From contig JAWKIL010000013.1 of assembly GCA_041394285.1 (NCBI GenBank), positions 66,089 to 130,088 of the forward strand: a stretch of DNA of 64,000 bases, written 5' to 3'. Under the pieces are notes generated by a model, which did no database searches, had not been told where the DNA came from, and saw only the letters and a program-made list of their open reading frames with translations. Made by a program: the position numbers and the translations under genes. The stretch comes from Acidimicrobiales bacterium (GTDB taxonomy: Bacteria > Actinomycetota > Acidimicrobiia > Acidimicrobiales > SZUA-35). Of the stretch, positions 21,098 through 29,483 are shown piece by piece (the first letter of the stretch is position 1; every line of letters begins with the position of its first letter).

Positions 21098-23164
21098 CTA
21101 CGTCGCCGGTCTCACCTCGACGAGCGTCTCGTGGAAGGCGGCGGAGCCGATGTCGTCGTCGGGCACGGCGGGGTTGGTGAGGGCGTTGACCGAGCGGCCT
21201 TCGGGCGTGGCCCGGTGCCACCAGCCGAACGGCAGGGCGGCCACCCCGGGCTGGAGGTCCTCGCTCAGCTCCAGGTCCACGGTGAGCGAGCCCCGGTCGT
21301 TGAACACCTCCACCCGATCGGCGATGGTGAGACCGCGGGCCGCCGCATCGTCGGGGTGCAGCAGGAGGCGGGGGGCGTTGCCGGTGGGCTGGTGCTCGGG
21401 GAAGGCGCCGTAGTTCGTGTTGTGGAACCGCAGGTGGTGCTTCGGGGTGAGCAACGTCAAGGGGAAGCGGGCGGCCAGCGCCGGTGAGCCGTCGGGCGTC
21501 TCGGCCCCCGGCTGGTGGCGCAGGGCCCGGAGGTGGAACCGGCCGTCGGGTGTGTCGGGGGCGGCGTCGGCCCACGGCCGGTGTCCGGCTGGCACGGCCA
21601 GGCGGCACCAGGATTCCTTCTGGAGACGGTCCCAGGTGATGCCGGTGAGCCAGGGGTGGTCGGAGTCGAGCAGGCGGCGGATCAGGGTCTCGTCGTCGTC
21701 GTCCCAGCTGAACCCGTCGGCGGCCGGCAGCCCGGCGGGTCCGGGGGCCAGGCCCATGGCCCGGGCCAGGGCCCGGAAGATCTCGCTGTTGGGGCGGGCC
21801 TGGCCCAGGGGGGCGATGGCCGGCTGGTTGAGCGTCAGGTAGAGGTGGCCCCAGGCGATGCCCAGATCGAGGTGCTCGATCTGGGTGGTGGCGGGGAGCA
21901 CCAGATCGGCGTAGCGGGCGCTGTCGGTGGCGAACTGCTCGATCACGATCGTGTACAGGTCGTCGCGGGCCAGGCCGGCCACCACCCGGTTCTGGTCGGG
22001 GCAGATCACGGCCGGGTTCGAGTTGTGCACCACCAGGGCCCGGATCGGGGGGTCGAGGCCGGGGTCGGTGAGCACCTGGCCCAGGCGGGCCATGTTGAAC
22101 TGGCGCCGGGGCGGGGCGTCGGGATGGGGCGCCGGGTAGTTGAGGGCGGTCTCGAAGTAGACCTGGGTGGACCGGGCCAGGCCGCCGCCGGCCTCGCGCC
22201 AGGCCCCGGTGAGGGCCGGCAGCATGGCGATGGCTCCCATGATGTCTCGCCCCCGCTGGCGGTGCTCCGGCCCCACCAGGGTGCGGATGGCGGCCGGGCG
22301 GTTGGTGGCGTAGAGGTGGGCCAGCCACTCGATCCGCTCCACCGGGACGCCGGTGATGTCGGCCGCCTCGGCCAGCGGCTGCACGGCCGCCGCCCGGCGC
22401 AGCTCCTCGGCCCCCGTGGTCCACTCGGCGATCCACGCCTCGTCGAGCAGGCCGTCGCGGTCCATGACGTGGACCAGGGCCAGCACCAGGGCAACGTCGG
22501 TGCCGGGGCGCAGGGCGAGGTGGTGGTCGGCCCGGGCCGCCGTGATCGTGCGCACGGGGTCGATCACCACCACCGTGGCCCCCTGGGCCCGGGCCCCCTC
22601 GATGGTGGGCCACAGGTGGCGGTTGGTGAGGTAGGTGTTGGTACCCCACAGGATGATCGTGCGGGCCAGGGCCAGGTCCTCGGGGTCGAGGCCGAAGGGC
22701 TGGCCGGTCACGTCGGCCGCCCCCAGCCAGGCCGTGACCCCGCACAGGTGGCGGCGGATGTCGCTGGCGCCCAGGGCGTCGAAGAAGCGGTCGGCCACCA
22801 GCCCTTTCTGGATGACCCCCTGGGTGCCGTCGAACGAGTAGGGCAGGATGGCGGCCCCTCCGCTCTCGGCCCGGATGCGGTTGAGCCGGCCGGCGGCCTC
22901 GGTGAGGGCCTCGCGCCAGCTGACCGGCTCGAACCGGCCTTCGCCCTTGGGCCCCACCCGGCGCAGGGGGGTGAGGAGGCGGTCGGGGTGATAGACCCGC
23001 TCCAGGAACCGGTTGACCTTGGGGCACAGCTCACCGCTGGTGGTGGGGTGGTCCCGGTTGCCCCGCAGCCGCACGGCCCGGCCGCGGTCCACCGTGACGT
23101 CCCACACGCAGGTGTCGGGACAGTCGTGGTGGCATGAGCCCCGGACGAGGATCGGCTCCCCCAT
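21098..23164 (-). CDS. molybdopterin (Mo-bisPGD) oxidoreductase, DMSO reductase superfamily
   Basis: N-terminal 4Fe-4S motif CHHDCPDTC...C. Long similarity pattern to the molybdopterin oxidoreductase and dinucleotide-binding domains. Confidence 0.9.
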   Translation of the reverse strand: MGEPILVRGSCHHDCPDTCVWDVTVDRGRAVRLRGNRDHPTTSGELCPKVNRFLERVYHPDRLLTPLRRVGPKGEGRFEPVSWREALTEAAGRLNRIRAESGGAAILPYSFDGTQGVIQKGLVADRFFDALGASDIRRHLCGVTAWLGAADVTGQPFGLDPEDLALARTIILWGTNTYLTNRHLWPTIEGARAQGATVVVIDPVRTITAARADHHLALRPGTDVALVLALVHVMDRDGLLDEAWIAEWTTGAEELRRAAAVQPLAEAADITGVPVERIEWLAHLYATNRPAAIRTLVGPEHRQRGRDIMGAIAMLPALTGAWREAGGGLARSTQVYFETALNYPAPHPDAPPRRQFNMARLGQVLTDPGLDPPIRALVVHNSNPAVICPDQNRVVAGLARDDLYTIVIEQFATDSARYADLVLPATTQIEHLDLGIAWGHLYLTLNQPAIAPLGQARPNSEIFRALARAMGLAPGPAGLPAADGFSWDDDDETLIRRLLDSDHPWLTGITWDRLQKESWCRLAVPAGHRPWADAAPDTPDGRFHLRALRHQPGAETPDGSPALAARFPLTLLTPKHHLRFHNTNYGAFPEHQPTGNAPRLLLHPDDAAARGLTIADRVEVFNDRGSLTVDLELSEDLQPGVAALPFGWWHRATPEGRSVNALTNPAVPDDDIGSAAFHETLVEVRPAT

Positions 23165-23202
23165 AGGCCCGGCAGCCTACCCACAGGTGCCCGGGGTCCG
23201 AC

Positions 23203-23246
23203 CTGTGGCGTCAGCGCGCAGAAGGCAGCACCGGGCGCCACAGTTC
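23203..23246. repeat. intergenic inverted-repeat element (CTGTGGCG...CGCCACAG type), copy A
   Basis: Arms at 23203-23210 and 23236-23243. 38 of 44 positions identical, ungapped, to 43523-43566. An extra CCACAGGT at 23181-23188 pairs with 23201-23208. Confidence 0.8.
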
Positions 23247-23287
23247 CCGCTCGCCCGTGTCCCCTCGGCTGGGGTAGAACGGGCGGA

Positions 23288-24727
23288 GTGCCCGAGGCGA
23301 GCGACGACATCCTGGACCAGCTGGAACGTTTCCTGGCCGCCCAGCCCGACGTGGCCGCCCCGCCCCGGATCGAGCGACTGGAACGGGTGGGCGTCGGGCG
23401 GTCCCGGGAGAACTGGCTGTTCGACGCGGTGTGGCCCGACGGCACCGTGGAGCCGCTGATCGTGCGGCGCGACCCCCGGGGCGGGCTGCTGGAGACGAGC
23501 CGGGCCGCCGAGTTCGCCGTGCTCCGGGCGCTGGAGGCCACGGCCGTGCCGGCGCCCCGGGTCCGCTGGCTCGACGCCGACGGGTCGCTGCTGGGCCGGC
23601 CGTCGCTGGTGATGGTGCGGGAGCCCGGCGAGGTCGACTACTTCGTGGTCAACGGCGATCGGCCCTTGGCCGAGCGGGTGGACCTGGCCCAGCGGTTCTG
23701 CGACCTGCTCGCCACCCTCCATGCTGCCGACTGGGCCGCCGCCGGCCTGGGGGCCGTGCTGAGCGATCCGGGGCCGAAGGCGGCCCGGGCCGAGCTCGAC
23801 GGATGGACGGCGATCCTGCGCCGTGACCAGCAGGAACCGTGGCCCGAGCTGGAGGTGGCCCGCCGCTGGCTGGCCGCCACCGCCCCCCGGTCGGGCCGAA
23901 CGGTGCTGGTCCACGGTGACTTCAAGGCCGGCAACGTGCTGTTGGAGGGCGGCGACCGCCTCGTGGCCCTGCTCGACTGGGAGCTGGCCCACCTGGGCGA
24001 CCCCATGGAGGACCTCGGCTGGATCACCCAGCCCCTGCGCCTCCGGGAGCATCTCATCCCCGGGGTCTGGGGGCGGGAGGACCTGTTCGCCCGCTACCAG
24101 GCGGCCACCGGCACCCCCGTCGATCCCGAATCGGTGGCCTGGTGGAACGTGCTGGCCTCGTACAAGACGGCGGTCATGCAGGTCAGCGGGCTGCGCTCGT
24201 TCCGGGAAGGCCGCAGCGACGAGCCCTACCGCCCCACCGCCGCCGTGCTCCGGGCCCTGCTCGACGCCGTGGCGCCGCCGTCCGAGGCCGAGCCGGCCAA
24301 CGCCGGCCCGGTGGGCGCCGGCGCCGCCGACGACCACATCGTGAGCCAGCACCTGGCCGGGGCGCGGCGCCTGCTGGAGCAGGTGGCGGCCGACCCCGGT
24401 CTGTCGCCGGCCGGCGCCGCCGCCGTGGCCGATGCCCGGCGCCTCGTCCGCCAGGCCGCCACCGCCTGGCCCGACGCCCTGGCGTTCCTCGTCGACGACA
24501 ACCGCCAGCTGGCCGAGCTGCTCACCGCTCTCGGCTCCGGTCCGGAGGTCGGGATCGATGACGGATCGGCTGCCGCGTCGGCGGTCGGCCCGGCCCACCG
24601 CCGCAACCTGGAGCTGCGGGGCCGCCTGGCCGACGCCGCCGACCAGCTCGACGCCGCCCAGGTCGCCACCGTCGCCCGGGCTCTGCGACACCGGCTCGAC
24701 CGGGACCCCGCCAACCGTCGATCCTGA
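23288..24727 (+). CDS. phosphotransferase (APH/choline-kinase fold) with C-terminal helical extension
   Basis: VLVHGDFKAGNVLL ... LLDWELAHLGDPMEDLGW (Brenner and DxD-type motifs). About 140 aa of Ala/Leu-rich tail. Confidence 0.85.
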   Translation: MPEASDDILDQLERFLAAQPDVAAPPRIERLERVGVGRSRENWLFDAVWPDGTVEPLIVRRDPRGGLLETSRAAEFAVLRALEATAVPAPRVRWLDADGSLLGRPSLVMVREPGEVDYFVVNGDRPLAERVDLAQRFCDLLATLHAADWAAAGLGAVLSDPGPKAARAELDGWTAILRRDQQEPWPELEVARRWLAATAPRSGRTVLVHGDFKAGNVLLEGGDRLVALLDWELAHLGDPMEDLGWITQPLRLREHLIPGVWGREDLFARYQAATGTPVDPESVAWWNVLASYKTAVMQVSGLRSFREGRSDEPYRPTAAVLRALLDAVAPPSEAEPANAGPVGAGAADDHIVSQHLAGARRLLEQVAADPGLSPAGAAAVADARRLVRQAATAWPDALAFLVDDNRQLAELLTALGSGPEVGIDDGSAAASAVGPAHRRNLELRGRLADAADQLDAAQVATVARALRHRLDRDPANRRS

Positions 24728-24768
24728 TTCCCCCCCCTCCCCACCGTTCCCAGCCCGAGAGGACCACC

Positions 24769-25935
24769 GTGAGCAGCCCCGACCAGTCGCCCCTCGACGA
24801 CGAGCCGACCCCCAGCCTCACCGTGTCCGACGGGCACTTCGCCGAGCAGTTCCCCCTGTCGCCCCTCGACGACTACATGATCCACCAGACCCCGGACCCG
24901 ATCCGGGTGATGTGGTCGGGCGACCCCCGGGCCTACGAGCGGTACTGGATGGTGTGCCACGACCCGACCGGTGAGGTGCTGGTGGCCACCGGCGGCAGCT
25001 TCTACCCCAACCTCGACCGGGCCGAGGCCTACGCCATCGTCAACCACCAGGGCCGGCACACGTCGGTGCGGGGGTTCCGGGCCCTGGGCGTCGACCGGGC
25101 CGACCTGCGGATCGGGCCCATCGCCCCCCGCATCATCCGGGGCATGCGCTGGTGGCGCTACATCCTGGAGCCGAACGAGTGGGGCGTCAGCCTCCAGATC
25201 GACTTCCACGACACCACCCGCCAGACCTTCCGGGAACCGCTGTCGAACCTGGCCGGCGGCTCGCCCCCGGGGCGGCGCAACGACGTGACCACCGGGTTCG
25301 AGAGCTTCGGCGTGGTGCACGGCTGGGTGGAGGTCGACGGGCGCCGCATCGAGATCCCGGCCGGGTCCCCCGGCACCCGGGACCGCCACTGGGGCGTCGG
25401 CCGGGGTGTGGGCGGGCCGGCCCTGTCGCTCGGCGGGCGGCTCCACGTGGGGGTGTCGGGCAATGCCTTCGTCGCCTTCCCGTCGTGGACGCTGTGGGGC
25501 GACCGGGTGTTCTACCCCTTCGGCGACCCCCGGCCGGGATCGGGGCGGGTGGCCAAGCCGTCGCGCCGACTCCGGTTCGAACCCGACACCCACATCTTCG
25601 TCGAGGGGGTGGTGGACTACACGCTCGACACGGGCGAAGTGAAGCAGGTCCACTACGAGCGGATCGGCAACCAGACGGCGTACCTGCGGTGCGGGATGTA
25701 CGGGGGCACGCCCGACAGGGGGATCCATTCCGGCGGCTACGACGGGCCGGATCTGGTCGAGGGCGAGACCTACGACGTCAACCAGCCCGAGGTGCGGGCC
25801 CGGATCGCCGGGCTCGACGAGCACCTGTGCCGGGCGACGTGCAACGGGGAGACGGCCACCGGGCTCTACCAGCCGATCGACCCCACCGCCTACGAGCTGT
25901 GCGCCGCCGGCCGGCCCGGCTGGGCGTTCCTGTAG
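24769..25935 (+). CDS. conserved-looking hypothetical protein (possibly CrtC/AttH-like beta-barrel)
   Basis: 388-aa ORF with coding-like composition, lying between two APH-type kinases. The TRDRHWGVGRG motif is reminiscent of AttH/CrtC-like families. Family assignment is tentative. Confidence 0.55.
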   Translation: MSSPDQSPLDDEPTPSLTVSDGHFAEQFPLSPLDDYMIHQTPDPIRVMWSGDPRAYERYWMVCHDPTGEVLVATGGSFYPNLDRAEAYAIVNHQGRHTSVRGFRALGVDRADLRIGPIAPRIIRGMRWWRYILEPNEWGVSLQIDFHDTTRQTFREPLSNLAGGSPPGRRNDVTTGFESFGVVHGWVEVDGRRIEIPAGSPGTRDRHWGVGRGVGGPALSLGGRLHVGVSGNAFVAFPSWTLWGDRVFYPFGDPRPGSGRVAKPSRRLRFEPDTHIFVEGVVDYTLDTGEVKQVHYERIGNQTAYLRCGMYGGTPDRGIHSGGYDGPDLVEGETYDVNQPEVRARIAGLDEHLCRATCNGETATGLYQPIDPTAYELCAAGRPGWAFL

Positions 25936-25956
25936 GGCCACCCCCGGTTGAGATCA

Positions 25957-26009
25957 CCGAAATTAGGAGCCTCGACCGCGCTCAGCGCCGCTTTTCCTCC
26001 TAATTTCGG
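25957..26009. repeat. AT-rich perfect 13-bp inverted repeat hairpin
   Basis: CCGAAATTAGGAG (25957-25969) / CTCCTAATTTCGG (25997-26009), 27-nt loop containing GCGCTCAGCGC. Ends 6 nt before the GTG of the next gene. Confidence 0.85.
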
Positions 26010-26014
26010 CGGCG

Positions 26015-27061
26015 GTGCCTGATGTCGTGACCCACACTGCGATGCACAGCGGGCTGGAGGCGTTCCTGGTCGCGGCCGAGGGCCAGGCCGTGTCGGTGGC
26101 CGACCTGGCCCCGATCTCGTCGGTGGGCAACGCCCGGGACCCGTGGGGCTTCACCGCCCGGTGGGCCGACGGCCGCGAGGCCCGGTGCGTGATGCTGGTG
26201 AAGGCCGAGGCCGGCCAGCTGGAGACCGAGCTGGGGCCCGAGTTCCACACGCTGGCCCGGCTGGAGGGCAGCGGGGTGCCGGCACCGCCGGCCCTGTGGC
26301 TCGACGAGGCCGGCGACGCGTTCGGGCGACCGTTCTTCGTGACCGGCTGGGTGCCGGGCACGGCCGAGACCCGGTCGTTGCGCCAGCCCGAGCACCACGC
26401 CGCCAACCGGGTGATCGCCCACGAGCTGGCGGCGGCGGCCGCCCGGCTGCACGCCGTGGACGTGGGGCCGTTCACCCACCTGCCGGCGGCCACGGCGGCC
26501 ACGGCGGCGGCGAACCAGCTGGCGGCGTGGCGGGCCCAGTTCGAGCGGCACCGGCTCGAGCCCCACCCCGGGCTCGTGTACTGCTTCGAGTGGCTGTCGG
26601 CCCGGGCGCCGGTCGCTGCCCGGGTGTCGGTGGTGCACGGCGACCTGCGCTTCGGCAACCTCCTCGCCCACCAGGGGCACCTGACGGCCCTGCTCGACTG
26701 GGAGATGGTGCACCTGGGCGACCCCATCGAAGATCTGGGTTGGGTGTACCGAGACGTGTGGACGCCGGCCGCCGCCTGCCCCTACGACGAGTTCCTGGCC
26801 GCCTACGCCGACGCCGGCGGGGTGCCCTACACGGCCGAGCACCTGCGGTGGTGGCGGATCTTCGGCGAGGTCAAGCACAGCGTGATCTCGCTCACCGCCA
26901 CCCGGTCGTTCGCCATGGACGGGGCCAGCGTCCGCCACGCCAACCGGTCGGCCACCGTGCCCGGCTTCCTGCAGACGGCCCTGGGGCTGATCGCCGAAGC
27001 CGAGCTCGACGCCGCCGGCGCCACCCGCCCCGGCGCCCAGGGGGCCCACGACCCGTGCTGA
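26015..27061 (+). CDS. phosphotransferase (APH/choline-kinase fold)
   Basis: VSVVHGDLRFGNLL ... LLDWEMVHLGDPIEDLGW. Paralogous to 23288..24727. Confidence 0.85.
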   Translation: MPDVVTHTAMHSGLEAFLVAAEGQAVSVADLAPISSVGNARDPWGFTARWADGREARCVMLVKAEAGQLETELGPEFHTLARLEGSGVPAPPALWLDEAGDAFGRPFFVTGWVPGTAETRSLRQPEHHAANRVIAHELAAAAARLHAVDVGPFTHLPAATAATAAANQLAAWRAQFERHRLEPHPGLVYCFEWLSARAPVAARVSVVHGDLRFGNLLAHQGHLTALLDWEMVHLGDPIEDLGWVYRDVWTPAAACPYDEFLAAYADAGGVPYTAEHLRWWRIFGEVKHSVISLTATRSFAMDGASVRHANRSATVPGFLQTALGLIAEAELDAAGATRPGAQGAHDPC

Positions 27062-27116
27062 ACCCGTCGCTCCCCCACCGCATCCCCACCCGACCCAGCA
27101 GCAATAGGCGGCCACG

Positions 27117-27596
27117 GTGCTGAACCCGTCGGTGGATGAGCTGCTGGCCGGTATGGCCGACGGGCTGGCCGCCACCGTGCTCCCGGCGCTGCCGCCGGGC
27201 CCGGCCCGGGACGAGCTGCTGGCCGCCATCGCCCTCACCCGCCGGGTGGCCCGGGCCGTGCCCCGGCTCGCCCCGTTCCTCCACGCCGACACGGCCGACC
27301 TGGCCGCCACCCTCCCCCGGCTGTGGGCCGCGCTCGGCCTCGACGAGCCGGCCGCCGGCCCCGTGGCCGACGCCCTGGCCCTGGCCCGCTCGCTCCCGCC
27401 CGAGCCGCCGCCGTCGGCCACCGCGCTGGCGGCGGCCGACCTGGCCCTGCGAGAGGCGGCCGCCGACCTGGCCACCCGCCTGGCCGGGGGCGCCGGACCG
27501 CCGGACGCCGGGGCCGAGCTGCGGGCTCTGCTGGAGCGCCTGGCCGCCCGGGAGGCGGGCGAGCTACGCCTGTCGCCCTGGGTCCCGCTGCGCTGA
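27117..27596 (+). CDS. hypothetical Ala/Leu-rich helical protein
   Basis: 159-aa ORF directly after the second kinase. Its composition resembles the C-terminal tail of the first kinase. No family recognised. Confidence 0.4.
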   Translation: MLNPSVDELLAGMADGLAATVLPALPPGPARDELLAAIALTRRVARAVPRLAPFLHADTADLAATLPRLWAALGLDEPAAGPVADALALARSLPPEPPPSATALAAADLALREAAADLATRLAGGAGPPDAGAELRALLERLAAREAGELRLSPWVPLR

Positions 27597-27614
27597 CCCG
27601 GACCGGAGCACAAA

Positions 27615-27692
27615 CCGCGACACAGTTCGAAGCGACGTCGCGATGAGAGCGCTGAGCGCACAGTTCGCGGCACTGTTCGAACTGTGTCGCGG
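27615..27692. repeat. 17-bp perfect inverted repeat (TTCGAA type)
   Basis: CCGCGACACAGTTCGAA (27615-27631) / TTCGAACTGTGTCGCGG (27676-27692), 44-nt loop containing the palindrome GCGACGTCGC and GCGCTGAGCGC. Confidence 0.9.
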
Positions 27693-27743
27693 ATGGAGCG
27701 GTACGGGCGGGCGCCGTCGGCGAGGCGGCACTAGCGTTGGTGC

Positions 27744-28418
27744 ATGACGACGACAGACGCGGGGCTCGGGTTCGGTGACGTGATCACGTCGGTGGAGGGG
27801 CTCCGGGAGATCTACCGGGAACCCCACAAGCTGGCCGCCAACAAGGCGACCGACCATCTCGACCAGGGATGCCGGGACTTCATCGCCCTGTCGACCATGG
27901 TGCTCGTCGGCACGGCCGACCTCGACGGCCGCCAGGACGTGTCGCCCCGGGGTGGCCCGGCCGGCTTCGTGCGGGTGCTCGACGACCACCGCCTGGCCAT
28001 CCCCGACCTCAACGGCAACAACCGGCTCGACTCGCTGCAGAACGTGGTGGCCACCGGCGAGATCTCGCTGTTGTTCCTGATCCCGGGCCTGGGCGAGACC
28101 CTGCGGGCCAACGGCGAGGCCTGCATCACCACCGATCCCGCCGTGCTCGACCAGTTCACCGACCAGCTCCGCCGTCCAGCGTCGGCCATCGGGGTCCGGG
28201 TGCGGGAGGCCTACATCCACTGCGCCAAGTCGCTACGCCGGGCCGGCCTGTGGCAGCCCGAGACGTGGCCCGGCCCCGCCGAGCGCCCGTCGCCGGCCCA
28301 GATCCTGCTGCGCCACACCGGGGGCGAGGGCAAGGTCACGGCCGAGCAGGTGGAGGCCGGCCTGGAGGACGCCTACGTCCGCGACCTCGCCGCCGACCGC
28401 CCCGGCTCAGCCGACTGA
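27744..28418 (+). CDS. FMN-dependent PPOX-type flavoprotein (MSMEG_1061-like)
   Basis: DVSPRGGPAGFVRVLD...LAIPDLNGNNRLDSLQN...GETLRANG, typical of this PPOX subfamily. Confidence 0.8.
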   Translation: MTTTDAGLGFGDVITSVEGLREIYREPHKLAANKATDHLDQGCRDFIALSTMVLVGTADLDGRQDVSPRGGPAGFVRVLDDHRLAIPDLNGNNRLDSLQNVVATGEISLLFLIPGLGETLRANGEACITTDPAVLDQFTDQLRRPASAIGVRVREAYIHCAKSLRRAGLWQPETWPGPAERPSPAQILLRHTGGEGKVTAEQVEAGLEDAYVRDLAADRPGSAD

Positions 28419-28475
28419 TCGACTCTGCCCCGCCAGCCTGATCACCCCGCCGGAGCACCAGCGACATCGGGACCT

Positions 28476-28538
28476 CAGTTCGAACCGTGTACCGACATGT
28501 ACCTCCGGGAGGAACATCGGGGTGCGCGGTTCGAACTG
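28476..28538. repeat. 12-bp perfect inverted repeat (TTCGAA type)
   Basis: CAGTTCGAACCG (28476-28487) / CGGTTCGAACTG (28527-28538), lying between convergent genes. Confidence 0.85.
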
Positions 28539-28570
28539 CGCGCCGGATGTGACACCAGAGCCGGAACCGG

Positions 28571-29470
28571 TCAGAGGCCGGCGAAGACCTGGTACCCGTC
28601 GAGGTAGCCGGGTTCGGCCAGCTCGCAGCGGGGAAGCCACCGGCTCAGCTCCTCCCGGATGGGCGCCGTGTCGGTGTCGATCGAGAACCCGGGAAGCCAG
28701 TCGTCGTGGTGGCTCAGGATCACCCGCTTGGGCCGCAGCAGCGACGCCTGGCGGGCCACGAACTGGGCCAGCGACCCCTGGATCGGCTCGCCGTCGACGT
28801 TGCCCCGGCCGGCAGCGGCGATGATGGCCACGTCGGGCCGCAGATCCCGCACGATGCCCGACCAGTGCCCCGACGTGTCCTGGTACAGCAGCGACCCCTC
28901 GGGCGTGTCGAACAGGAACACCAGCGAGTGGCCGTCGCCCCGGGGCTTCTGGTCCGACACCCGCAGGTGCTCCCGCGTCGCCTCGCCCAGCGACCCGATG
29001 TGCTCGAACAGCCCGGCGAAGCGGGCCTGGCGCTCCTGGTGGGTGAGCCACAGGTCACCCAGGCACACCTCGTCGGCCGGGTGCATGCCCTGGTGCGACC
29101 ACACGCAGGAGTGCAGGCTGGGGTAGATCGACACGGCCAGCCCGTCGGCCAGCGCCACCCGTTCCCCGCCCGCCACCGGCATGAGCTGGCGCAGGGGCAC
29201 GCCCACGCTCTCCATCACCCGCACCGTCTCGTGCGAACCGATGATCGTGGCCCCGGTGCGGGCCGCGATCCGCTCCGCCCCCCACAGGTGGTCGAAGTGG
29301 GAGTGGCCCACCACGATCCAGTCGCAGCGGTCGATGTCGTCGGCCACCACCGGCGGCTGGGGCCCGGCCGCTCCCGGCACCCGGTCGATGTAGGCGTCGA
29401 GGAAGATCACCGTGTCGCCCACCGTGAGGCGGTAGGTGGCACAGCCGTACCAGTCGAGCGTGGCTCCCAT
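28571..29470 (-). CDS. MBL-fold metallo-hydrolase
   Basis: HxHxDH motif VGHSHFDH. GGAGC RBS upstream. 13 nt downstream of the LLM gene. Confidence 0.85.
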   Translation of the reverse strand: MGATLDWYGCATYRLTVGDTVIFLDAYIDRVPGAAGPQPPVVADDIDRCDWIVVGHSHFDHLWGAERIAARTGATIIGSHETVRVMESVGVPLRQLMPVAGGERVALADGLAVSIYPSLHSCVWSHQGMHPADEVCLGDLWLTHQERQARFAGLFEHIGSLGEATREHLRVSDQKPRGDGHSLVFLFDTPEGSLLYQDTSGHWSGIVRDLRPDVAIIAAAGRGNVDGEPIQGSLAQFVARQASLLRPKRVILSHHDDWLPGFSIDTDTAPIREELSRWLPRCELAEPGYLDGYQVFAGL

Positions 29471-29483
29471 CAGCAGGCTCCGA

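Noticed and set aside
28527-28538. GGTTCGAA string resembling a tRNA T-loop.
   Set aside because: No acceptor, D or anticodon arms can be drawn around it. It is one arm of the TTCGAA-type inverted repeat.
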